DNA of 51,293 nt, the filler included, from Circinaria calcarea (lineage: Eukaryota), in assembly GCA_051942165.1 (NCBI GenBank). It is 3 parts of 3 records of this genome, joined end to end, with 100 filler letters (N's around TTAATTAATTAA, not from the genome) between each part and the next. Parts side by side here need not be neighbours in the genome. Positions count along the whole stretch, not along the records: positions 1 to 17,038 come from JAVECS010000288.1; positions 17,139 to 34,166 come from JAVECS010000289.1; 1 more part is not named here. The stretch is one strand, 5' to 3'. The position numbers and the translations under genes were made by a program. Within the stretch, counting starts at the first letter, position 1. Every line of letters starts with the position of its first letter. This document shows, piece after piece, positions 12,852 to 24,097 of the stretch. Under the pieces are notes generated by a model. The model ran no database searches, was not told the DNA's origin, and was given only the letters and a program-made list of their open reading frames with translations.

Positions 12852-13651
12852 CCCCGAGCAACTGTACAGCCACATCTTACCCGCCTCTTGGATTGTATGA
12901 CCCTACCCACGAGACGATGCTGGGGAAATACGAGGATCTTATTACACGAGTTGACATTACGAAGCTGCTCGGGTGGCATCGGAAGTGCGACAGCTCTCAT
13001 GACGGAAGTGCTGGCAATCCATTCTGGAAGAGCGTTCCAGATTCTTACCGAGTTACTTAGTAGATAGGTCCGACCGGAGGCTTACCTCCCACTGCTCGTA
13101 ATCGTTGCCGTTGATGCTTGGCAATAGTTTTGCATTCGCTTAGCGGCCTATCACAGCTCTCGAAATCCCGAAAAGGGTTAGTCTGTACGCTTGCTTTCAG
13201 CATCCCTTGTCACTTGTACCTTTTCTCTACCACTCCTCATAGAACGTTACGAACTTTACGATCCCGAAGTAAACCGTACTAACTCGACGGCGCACGAGAT
13301 TGACCTCAGTCAGTCAGACCCTCGGTAACTTTCCACTTCATGGTAGGAGCTGTCAGCTTCAGGGAAATGGAAGGCCGTCATGGGCTGGGAATCCCAATCG
13401 GGACATGTGGGCATGCTCTACATCTCCGGCGCTCTAAGCTACTAGACTTTAGTTTATAGAAGAACTGGGTGCCCTACGCGCTTTCTTCTTGCTTTTGTTC
13501 TTCTCCGCATCAACTTTAACGCATCTTTATTCCTTGGAGTGCTCTCGGTACAATTGGAGTATCCCCATTCTAAAAGTCACCGTCCACTGCTTCACATTCC
13601 CTTACGCATAGACGCCTCCCGGGAATCCGTCTCAAGGAAGACACAGTCATT

Positions 13652-14786
13652 ATGCGATTCCAAACCCTTTTCGCTGCTGTGTTTCTCGCCTCCCAAGGAG
13701 TGCTCAGCTCCCCAATTAACGAACCTGAGCTTGTAGCCAGAAAACAAACCCCAGAACAATGCTCGGGGTTTGTCAAGATCATCAAAGTCCTCAAATCGAA
13801 AAAAGCCACTCCCTTCTGTTCCTCATACCTATCAATCACGACCAAGACAGTAACCAGTGTCGTGTAAGTAGGGTTGCCCTCTTCGACGCAAATACGGCGC
13901 TAATATTTAAGCAGCTCAACTACATCGACCTTAACCATAACAACCGGCACAGCTTCGTGAGTTAGGCTCACTCTTTGGCTAGATATCAATGCTCATACTA
14001 TGCCTAGTACGTCTATCGTCTTCTTACCCGGAAATCCTCCAGCCAAAATTCGTCGCTCAGAAAGCAATACAGCCTCCGAGAATGAAGTGCAATGCCCTGA
14101 AGAATGCTCGGGTTCATCCTCGGGTTTTCCACCTTATCTGACGGCTTTTCCCACTGCAGCTATCTCTAGTGCCTGCTCCTGCTTGAATCTGCCAAGTCCC
14201 ACAGCTACCTTAACGTCCACATCTACCACCTCAACAACGACGACGGTAAGATCAACTAGCTCTTGACCAATTCAAATGAGCTGACCTACTTTCTTCAATG
14301 CTACAGGTGGCCCCTCCTAGAGCAACTAAGACAGTCTACCGTAAGTACAACTCAAAAAGCTCTCCTTGGGAACAATTGATTTGGTTCAAGTTAGCGACCC
14401 TCAGCAAGCCTAGCTAACTCTTATCACCAGCATGTGCCAACGGCGGAACCGCTGGTTATGGTAAAATCTCACCAGGCCCCAATATTGGCGCTACATCGAA
14501 CGCCCTCTACGGCGTAGGAACCACGGGAGACTCCCTCGAGGGCTGCTGTAATCTCTGCTACTTTGGCGCCCAGTACGGCGTCACGGACTGCATCCAAGCA
14601 TTCTATTACTCCTACCAAGGCTGTGTTGTTCAGACTGCCGCTGTGACGGGTTCTGGCGTCAGTGTTAGCCCCGTCTGCCCGGCCGGTATTATCAATGGTT
14701 TGAGCTATGCACCGGACTTTGATCCGCCTTTTCGCAGTACGGGGGATATTGCGGGACCTTGCGGACAGGCATATACGAACTTTTAA
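13652..14786 (+). CDS. Secreted Cys/Thr-rich protein of unknown function, 5 exons
   Basis: Signal-peptide-like MRFQTLFAAVFLASQGVLSS; GT-AG introns 13864-13914, 13957-14007, 14246-14306 and 14341-14430 splice in frame to TAA 14784-14786; motifs ATPFCSSYL, ISSACSCL and C-terminal CCNLC...C...C...C...GPCG. Confidence 0.85.
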
Positions 14787-15362
14787 GAGGAGGTTTTGGA
14801 GACGGGCAAGTTTTGTTCAATGGCATTGAAGATAAGCAATCCTAGGAAGATTTGATCTTATAGTAAACTCATTGTACCAAGTCTAAACTTTTGATCCACC
14901 CTTACCCTAGTTATCAACAAAATATAGAATTATCAAAAAACACAATCCAATCCAAAACATATCCGACCTGGTACATGCCAGATTCCTCTCCACGCAAAAT
15001 CCGAAATCAAACAAAGTAGCCTCAAATACCGGAATAGAACCCATATCCCTCAAGCGGATGCGTCAATCTTGATTCCCCTTGGAACTCGTCATAATATCCT
15101 CACGGGAGTCTCCATCTACTGTGGCGTAATGCTCCGAATCAAATGTAAGTTGGATACGGTATTTGATACTTGACGGTTGAAAGGCGAAACGAAGTTAATG
15201 ACTTGATAGGGCTGATGCAAGGTGAAAAGTTCCCGCTTTTAGCAAGCGGCTTAAGCCTGGTCAAAATGCTAAGCATTAGAACTGTAGAAATAATCATGGC
15301 ATAGCCTGCCCATAGAAATTTTGATATTCCTGGACCACTCAGTCAGAAGATAGCAAAGCCAG

Positions 15363-17038
15363 ATGCAATCCACATCTTGCAGAACACTTGCGCGCAGTGC
15401 GATCAAAGTAAGGAAGCTGCGAAAAGGCTTTCCGCAACAATGTTGCAGGAGACTTGCAACCGTTGTTGAACAAGCACCCAAGGTATTACACGAGGGTAAA
15501 CCCATCAGGGAGCAGGTGCTTATCACAGTATAGGATCCAGCAGAATTCGATCAAATCACCACACTACCAAATGGGGTCCGAGTGGCCACCGAAGCCCTCC
15601 CAGGCCCTTTCTCCGGAATCGGTGTATATGTGGATGCAGGATCACGATACGAAAATGAAGAGTTGCGTGGGGTAAGCCACATAATAGATCGCCTAGCATT
15701 CAAGGTAGGAAGAGACCACACAGGAGCGATTAGCGGTGTTGACTAATGTAACCCATAGTCAACCAGCGCCAGGACGTCGGATGAGATGCTCGAGTCCTTG
15801 GAATCCCTCGGCGGCAACATACAGTGCGCATCGTCACGAGAATCGCTGATGTATCAGTCTGCAAGCTTTAACTCCGCCGTTCCTACCACTCTTGGTTTGC
15901 TTGCAGAGACAATACGAAACCCCTTGATTACAGATCTCGAAGTCCAGCAGCAGCTAGAAACGGCCGAGTATGAGATTGGAGAGATATGGTCGAAGCCGGA
16001 GCTCATACTGCCAGAACTCGTTCATATGGCCGCATACAAGGATAACACCTTAGGAAACCCCCTTCTGTGCCCGCAGGAGCGTTTACAGTTCATCAATAAA
16101 AGCGTCGTGGAAAAGTACCGAGAGACGTTCTTTAAACCAGAGAGACTCGTCGTGGCTTTTGCAGGCGTTGACCATGAGCAGGCTCTAAAGCTCACCGAGA
16201 AATTTTTTGGCGATATGCAAAACCACATAGCGGCCCAGTTGCTTGACATCGATTCCGAATCGTCTTCTATCAGTTCATCGACCGGGAGCGTTTTTTCATC
16301 ACCACCGTCCACACCGTCCTCGTATAGCTCACCGTCCCCTTCACCACCGCAATCCTCGAAGCTACTTTCCAAAATACCATTCTTCAAGAACTTGTCTACC
16401 TCTGCACCCAAACACGCATCCGTTTCCTCACTCGACCCCTCGTCTCTACAATCCTCTTCTGTACTCGATCTTACGCTTCCTGCTCGCTATACTGGCGGAT
16501 TCCTATCACTCCCCGCCATTCCACCACCGCCGAACCCTGCCCTGCCTCGTCTTTCACACATTCATCTTGCCTTTGAAGCACTTCCTATATCTTCTGAAGA
16601 TATATATGCCCTTGCAACACTTCAGACACTACTCGGTGGTGGAGGGTCGTTTAGTGCTGGTGGCCCTGGGAAGGGCATGTATTCCCGATTATACACCAAT
16701 GTCCTAAACCAGCACGGCTGGGTAGAATCATGTGTCGCCTTCAATCACTCTTATATGGACTCGGGGCTTTTTGGAATTAGCGCGAGCTGTAGCCCTACGA
16801 AAGTCGCACAAATGCTGGAAGTCATGTGCCGGGAGCTACAGAATTTGACGCTCGACACCGGCTTTTCTGCCCTCCAGGCCGGAGAAGTCAACCGGGCCAA
16901 GAACCAGCTCCGAAGTAGCCTGTTAATGAACCTCGAAAGTCGAATGGTGGAGTTGGAAGACCTGGGAAGGCAGGTGCAGGTTCATGGACGGAAAGTAGGG
17001 GTCAAGGAGATGTGCCGCAAGATCGAGGCGTTGACGGT
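15363..17038 (+). CDS. MAS2: Mitochondrial processing peptidase alpha subunit, 3' end lost at contig end
   Basis: Basic presequence, [30 protein letters not shown] (no HxxEH), glycine loop [37 protein letters not shown]. Confidence 0.95.
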
Positions 17039-17138
17039 NNNNNNNNNNNNNNNNNNNNNNNNNNNNNNNNNNNNNNNNNNNNTTAATTAATTAANNNNNN
17101 NNNNNNNNNNNNNNNNNNNNNNNNNNNNNNNNNNNNNN
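17039..17138. other. Artificial contig spacer N44-TTAATTAATTAA-N44
   Basis: 100-nt spacer with a six-frame stop linker at 17083-17094; genes on both sides are truncated. Confidence 0.97.
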
Positions 17139-17482
17139 TGAGTTTGAGTAAGGCGATGAGGTATCTTGTGAATCCGAATCACAAATCTGTTCACGAAGAT
17201 GAAGGAGTATATTCGATCACGGATTTCGGGAGGAAGGCGAAGGAACGGTGAGGCCGAGGCATGCCCTGGAGCAAATGAGACTTGAGATAAATTGGAACGG
17301 GTCATTGGCAGTGGTCGCGGTCGATCAGCATATCTCTTGCGGAAGGCCCTCTCTTCCGGCGTCGGCCTAGGATGGAGACGACGAAAGAGCTTGTATGTAT
17401 AAACAACAGGGAGCCATATCGGCGCAAACGGACAGATGATGCAAACAATGCAAAGATTGCAGCACGATTCTGACCTTGTCAT
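17139..17482 (-). CDS. F-box-like fungal protein, 3' end lost at contig end
   Basis: Hydrophobic N-terminus followed by SPFLRLPPEIRDRIYSFIF (LP.EIR..IY F-box-like motif). Confidence 0.6.
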
Positions 17483-19252
17483 CTTCAGTAGGTATCGTAT
17501 AGACTTTGTAGGTATCAAGGCGTTCGTTTTATTCTTGCAGGACTTCTAATGCTTCTGGGATCGATGGAAACCCAGCATCGGCTACGTCTGCGTGCAAATC
17601 AAGAGAAGTCCAAGAACAACTTCGCTCGAAGGAAGGTAATATGAGAATGTTATGGACCAGGCTGATACCAGAAGACAGTTACATGACTTATGCGGTGTCG
17701 ATGGACAGCGCGAGGCTGATTTGGAACAAAATGCCGTACACGCCAAATTGACAAGTACCGGCACTTTGCTTGGATCACTAACGAGGGCTGCTGGTAACTA
17801 AGATATGCCTTCCGAAGCAATGATCCCACTTTGGGTAGAGTGATGATCGAGGAATAAGCCTCGTTGAGTCTATCGTGTAGGTAGCCCAATAGTATGTAAC
17901 ACGGGTCTTTCTTTACCCGGGATGACCGGGCTAATGACTAAGCTACCTCGGCATCCTATCTGTATTTTGGAGAAAGTCAACCGACAAATAGAAGCAAGCA
18001 GAACAGTCTCTACGTCTTCTAATGTGGCGGATAGACCCATGAGTATCTTTTTTGGGCTTAAATTGCTATGTGGGAAACTTGTAGTTCTCCTCTGAGAATA
18101 CTGGGGATAAATAACAAAAGCTTACATCCGGAGCATAATATCACTGCTTGTTTCGCTTAATGCAGAAGGCAACCGGCCACGATGCGAGACGAAAGAAGAG
18201 GCAACAACGACGACAAGCATAAAGAGAGACAATATCTTGCTCGTATCTTGCCACGGGTAGATCCTCTTATTTCCTCCAGCGCCACTATCATCTCTTGTTG
18301 TGCCACCTATCCCATCCCCACTCATAATTTTCAGGATCCGATGTTGCTAGCCGACTCTCTTATAGACCTCCTCGGCGCTTGTGCGTCTCCAGAGACCAAG
18401 ATAATCACACGGTAAGCAAGACATGCCATCGGTCTTGGATTTAATGAAGATAGTCTGTAAGAATGTTTTGATGATAATACACCAGCCATCAAGATTCACA
18501 ATCAGACTACCATCTAGAGCTATCCTTCCGGACAATTAAAGTATGAGGATAGTCGAGTCTCTCACCTAACTTCCATCTCAAACATGACCTTCGATGATTT
18601 AGGAGACATATCTCTGTCCAGCGACCAAGACAAGGATGATGGGGCTTCTACTAATTATGAATTACCACATAAGCGTTGACATTGATCAAATTACCTCTGG
18701 CATTCTGGACGCTCTCACCTTGAATGCAAACAACATTACGCTGATGGAGACCATAGACACTGCCCTGAGCGCGTCAAGGCACTCTAACTTAGTGGCAGTT
18801 CCCATAACTGCCCGTTCCGGACGAATCTGGAGATGTGGGCACACGGGAAACACGTAAATCGGCAACCTAGCTTATAGCCATATGTCAGCTTGCCAGTAGT
18901 CATAACCGTCTAGTCCAGTTGTTGGACCTTGGCAGTCCAGTCCAGCCGGCACCCCCTTCCTCTCTTCTACCACCCCCAGCAAGCAACTCCGGACTTTGAC
19001 TACCAGTGTGGTCTCGGGGGTAGACTGTCAGTACAATCCGTATTATCAGCGCATCCTCTATAAATATAAAGTGGCAAATTGCCTCGGTAATCAACCCGAG
19101 GGGGCCAAAGGAGGCGAGGCGGAAGTGGTATCCTACTAAACCTTGTACTGGACTGGCAGTGCACGATCCCCCGCTGCCAGACTACAAGCGGCGCTGCCCA
19201 AGGATTACTTACAACCTAATTTAAAACCCTTTGGTACCCTCTGGATTTTTAA

Positions 19253-20094
19253 ATGCTCTGTCCTGGAGAATCGTTTTTTCTCCGCGAGATATTTCTAGTC
19301 TACGATAGACAACTCAAGAAACACCCCATTGCTAAATTAACGATCCCGTTGTCTGACGGGACTGCATTTCTTAAGTCTCACCCCTTCTTCTCTGACATCC
19401 GTGTCAAATGCCTTATCTGCTGTTTGACTGAAGGCTCACGCGGCATATAACCGAACATCATAACAAGATTGACTTTTTGTGCCCGTGGCCCGGATGCTAC
19501 GATATCCTGGAAGGAGAAGACCAAGTCAGAGAATATGTTCGGATAATACACGAGCTTTGTGTATATGTATGTCCGGCTAATGGATGCTATATGCATTCTC
19601 CCTCGAATCTCGCAACGGTGCAGCAGTTACGGAAATCTCACGACATCATCGATAAGGACGACCAGATATTTCCGAAAGTCATCGAAACATTGCAAATGAT
19701 GAAACAGCCTCGGGAACAAAAGTATTCAAATAAATGGAACTGGTGTAATGAGCTGATCGCCTGGAGGAAGGTTTTCGGGGTCTGGAAATGCCCTAAATGA
19801 GCACATCGGGTTTTCAATGAGGAAGCTGGCTACGTTGATTGCTGATATATTACTAGCGTTAATCTTATCGGTCTCCGCTGAACAGTCTATAGCAAAACAC
19901 CATCCAGCCACTTGTGTCGACGACCATGCTGCCAGAATATATATGATGCTCATCTAGAATCCTTACCCATTAACACCTCTCGCGCAAAGTGCGTTGATGG
20001 CTTCGAAGCAAACCGGTGCGGTTTCTGCTCTACTCACGATCCTCGGTGTGGATTGTATAAGGCAAGGATACTTCATCACTGGCAAGGCTCTTAA
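19253..20094 (+). pseudogene. Decayed gene: C2H2-type zinc fingers + His-Cys-box (I-PpoI-type His-Me) endonuclease domain
   Basis: One frame 19432-20094 read through TGA stops gives RLTRHITEHH, CPWPGC-x12-Y-x4-H, CPANGC-x12-Q-x4-H and SHLCRRPCCQNIYDAHLESLPINTSRAKC...CSTHDPRC. KCLIC lies in the neighbouring frame just upstream (frameshift). Confidence 0.72.
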
Positions 20095-20367
20095 CTCACA
20101 ACTAGACGATGTTCTTAATACAACAGCGGGAACTCGCACTAAGCTACAACCCACGAGCGGAGATGTGGATTCAAGTATTGTTCGTCATACAATAAGCTTG
20201 TATCATGAACAAACGTCATTTCAGCTGTTTATTTTTACTAATATATATCCGTTCTGATGCAAGCTATTTGTCTTAGAATATCTATTTATAAACTTAAATA
20301 CTGATCTCGAAGATCAAACCTAATTTTATCTAAACCGTGATTCAACAGACCCACGAGATTTCTAACA

Positions 20368-20763
20368 ATGGCTTATTACGGCATTAAGAAACGGAGGATA
20401 CTTGCCCAGGCCCGAACAATTAAACGCCATAACGATCATTCAAGTCTCCCCTCGAACGATGTTTTCGTTGACGAATGTATCTATAGGTCTGGCAAACGTG
20501 CTTAGATATCCTTCAAGTTATATCAAGCAGATCGTATAGCCACTACCAAACCTGGGAAAACGGCGTACCTCATTATTGAAGACAAGCAGTGGACGGTGGA
20601 AAATATAGTCGAACCACCGGGAAAATTTCAGTACCACTTGAGCGATTCCTCCGGGAATCAGATGAAAAGGGAATATATCTTATTTAACGAAAAACACGCC
20701 ACATCAACCGGAACAATGGATATCCGTAAGCTCGTCCAGCTTGCGCAGAACCGAAACCTGTGA
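20368..20763 (+). pseudogene. ~130-codon frame with one internal TAG, unknown product
   Basis: ATG 20368 to TGA 20761-20763, interrupted only by TAG 20503-20505. Confidence 0.3.
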
Positions 20764-21109
20764 TCACAGAAAATGGCTGGCAGTCGAGACAAAAAAACAA
20801 AAATGTAAAGTATTTAGATTTATGCGGAATCAGGAGACAGAGATTATCCTCGCTAAATAACGTTAAAATCCAGAAAAAGTTTTATTCCCTGAAAATTTGA
20901 TCAACGGAATCGCCGCCGAGTGTGCCGTTATTGACGTGGAGGAGGCGGCTCGATTCATCTTCGCAAGAGATTACCCCGGCCACACCGGTGGGTAGACAGC
21001 ATATAATAGTTGAAAACTATTATTGGCTGCCTTTTGTAGATCGGTGGCAGGTTGTCATGGGTTAAGGAGAAAGCATGGCTTCGCCAGGATCGCGCCTGCA
21101 CGTCTACTA

Positions 21110-22320
21110 GCATATAGCATTTAAGTATGAAGAGCGCATAGCAAACAAATAACTATATAACACTTTATATACTCCATACTGATAGTTCTGAATGATTTTA
21201 TAAAAGTAGTTTAACTAATTGCCCAAGAACCTACGTAAGCTTAACTCACGTCGATGATACCGGACTAGTTAACCGCTTAGATCGAAAAATGGGACGATTA
21301 ATAGGCCGGGTAATCTAAGAAGGGTAAAGCAAAGCTAGAAAGAAATATAATTTTATACCCGCGGATAATTAAAGCCAAGAAAAGAACTGATAAGCAGTAA
21401 TACCGGGAAAATATAACAGACGACGAAGAAATTAATATTAATAATTGGCACGAGAAGGACGTGGAACGGTGAAACAAGAATTTTATAAATCGGTGGTTAC
21501 GGAACTCAACTTCCACGGAAATTATATAGTGTTCAACGAGAAGCCTATTGTACCGGGTTAAGCCTTAAGGCCAACGCCCTTCGAGAACCCGGGGGGGATT
21601 TATCACGGGGGTCCCGCGGAGCTCTCCGTGGTGAGGAAGGTGGAAATAGAACTCTGTATATTAGAAACGACATGAGCGGTCCTCTTGATAAATTCGACTC
21701 GGTATTCAAGCGAGGGGGATCAACCCTAGTTGTTACGGTCAGCCCCCTGCGTCGATCAATGGCTGGGAGAATTAGACAGAAATTTTGAACTGGTAGTTAT
21801 ATATTTACGTGGCTAAAGTCTTAGAGTCAACAATTCTTACTAGGAGTACCGTATTATATGTTTTTCTACCTCAAGGACAAGTCTATCACGGCAACCTAGC
21901 TTTTTCGGTACGACGTGATTGTAAACACGTACTGGTTTTGTCCAGCGCCAGCACGCTTTCATTCCTCAAGAATAAAGCTATGAGTTTAGATATGCAGATA
22001 GCAAATACAAAGGTATTCCACCTCCACCTCTTAGCAACAAAATATACATTCAGCCGCTATCAGCACCAGATGATTTCCAATCTAGGAATTTATAAAAAAG
22101 CGATACGGAATGGTGGTCGGTCCCGAAAGCAGAGAGGGTATCAATCCGTTCTTCTCTTATCAGTATATTGCTGCTACAGAAAAAAAATATAAAAGTTGAT
22201 TAAATGTAGTTAGCACTTTTGATAGGCCCCCCGTAGTAGGAATATAATCCTGATATTCCGAAAAATAGCATCATACCGACTCCATTTTATCCAGCTTATA
22301 TACGTTATGCGCTAGTGTCA
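21110..22320. mobile_element. AT/TpA-rich degenerate repeat relic (RIP-like); class unassigned
   Basis: Locally AT- and TpA-rich with broken frames; purine run GAGGGGGAT shortly before an LTR-like TGTTACGG at 21731; no matching LTR end found. Boundaries approximate. Confidence 0.3.
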
Positions 22321-22599
22321 ATTGGCAAGGCGCTGTTCTGCCATAGCCATGCGAATCCCGCGGAGCCCCTGATATTGGCCGCCGAGCAGAATGGCTATCT
22401 GCCGCCGGATTCACCGCGATGTGTGGGTCGCCCGGATTACAGTTTCGGGGGCTTTGGGATCCTGAATTGCGGAGGCCAATAGCAGCGTATACATGATTAC
22501 GTGTCTTAAATCAGAATGCAGTCAGTTTCAGAGTCTTGTTCGACTGGGAAGAGAAAGGGCTCATGAAATTGTCTTCTCGCAGTAAATCTTTGACATGTT

Positions 22600-24097
22600 C
22601 TACTGTTCACTAAAACCTAAGCTGAATCGCAAGCTTGCCTCCCAGGGCAAACCTGCGAGACCTTTGCCGATGAGAACAAGTTTACCTCTATCATCTTTGG
22701 TCGTTTCTGGCGTGTCTTTAGGTCCTTTGTCTAGTCCCCTATCCAGATCGGTGATTTCAAAGACCTCCCGCACCCCTTGGACCATCTTCACTGCTCCAGA
22801 GTCCAAACGTATTCGACCTTTGAGGCGGTGGATCAAAGGTTTCGGTGTGCTAATCGGAATCGTCAGTCCACTGGGGAGACTTAGGTTACACTCCCATAAT
22901 AGCTCTCTGAGCCATACGTCAAGCATGAGGAGCTTCGTATCTGTAAGGACTGGAACGGGAATGCTGAGTGTCGAAATACTCTTGGACGAGATGTCAGTGG
23001 AACCGGCAGAAAATAGAAGAAATATTCCTAATGCAACCGGCGAACTAGCATACCTCGTCATGATGGCTGTGCCCTTTTTCTGAGGTCTCCAACGACCCAA
23101 TGCCGTCATAGGCATGGAGATCAAGTACTAAACCTTCCAACTTCGGTATCCTACTGTACTCCGTTACGTGTACGGTGGCTAAGCTGTTGATACCCTGCAC
23201 TCGATCCTTGACTATTTGGAGGTCCTCGGCAGATATAGTGTCGCCTTTGTTTAGGACAATGACATCTGCATGCGAGATTTGCAGATGGGCTATCGTTACC
23301 TGAGGGCCGTGGTGCTCTTCACTTACCAACAAGGAGCCTTCCTTTGGTGTTTCCTCGAGGCTCAAGATAATATTCTTCGCATCTACAAGCGTTACTATTC
23401 CGTCCAGGTAAATGGTGCTTCCGAGGCCGTCATCAACCCAGAACAGAGGTGCGATGTTTCCCGGATCAGCTAGGCCGGACGTCTCGAGAAGGATGTAATC
23501 AAAAGCTCCACGACGCTCCATAAGGGATTCAATGGCATTTACGCCTGAGTCTCTGGTTTGACATTTAGAACATGATAGGGTTTCCTAGTGGAGAAATCTT
23601 AGTCGAGACATACTTAACGGAGCAGCAAATACATCCATTTGCGAGTTCAAGCCATTCTTCTACTTCTTGGCCATTTTGATTAACTGTCAATGCTTTCTCA
23701 ATATCCGCGGCTTTCGATAGATAAGCCCGTGTGTTTTGTATGGCTCAACGAGCAACTCACAATCACCAAACTCTGTTTCAACATTAGTCAAATCCGTAGG
23801 GTTATTACCTAAACTATGGTGATTACAAGCCATTCAGTATAACAGCAATCTTCTTTCCATGTTGCTCTTTGAGGATATAGTTCATCAAAGTGGTCTTGCC
23901 AGCTCCCAAGTAGCCTACACCCTCATGAGTGAATTGATCTTTGTGGTGCAGTAGGGTTCACTACCAGTGACAATGGTAATGGGAACTTTGACCAGACTTG
24001 CACCATCTAGTGATGTTTCTGTGGTCTGTTTAATAGGGCTCGCTAAAGACGTAGCCGTGGCCACCAATTCGGGCGGACTGTCTTCGTCAAATTCCAT
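22600..24097 (-). CDS. ZNG1: CobW/COG0523 zinc metallochaperone GTPase
   Basis: [30 protein letters not shown] (CxCC), [16 protein letters not shown]-terminal HRLKG and LVLIGK; multi-exon. Confidence 0.9.

Noticed and set aside
19075..19180. HDV-like ribozyme fold on the minus strand (GCC-TCC-TTT-GGC)
   Set aside because: P1 is too short and the C-N-A-A J4/2 strand is missing; a simple hairpin explains it.
22331..22487. SRP RNA, snRNA, tRNA or telomerase RNA identity
   Set aside because: No SRP helix-8 motif, snRNA signature, cloverleaf or telomere template recognised; kept only as an unassigned structure.
18000..22500. Group I intron hosting the His-Cys gene
   Set aside because: No convincing P/Q/R/S core elements and no rRNA exons seen; an Infernal scan would be needed to exclude a degenerate one.
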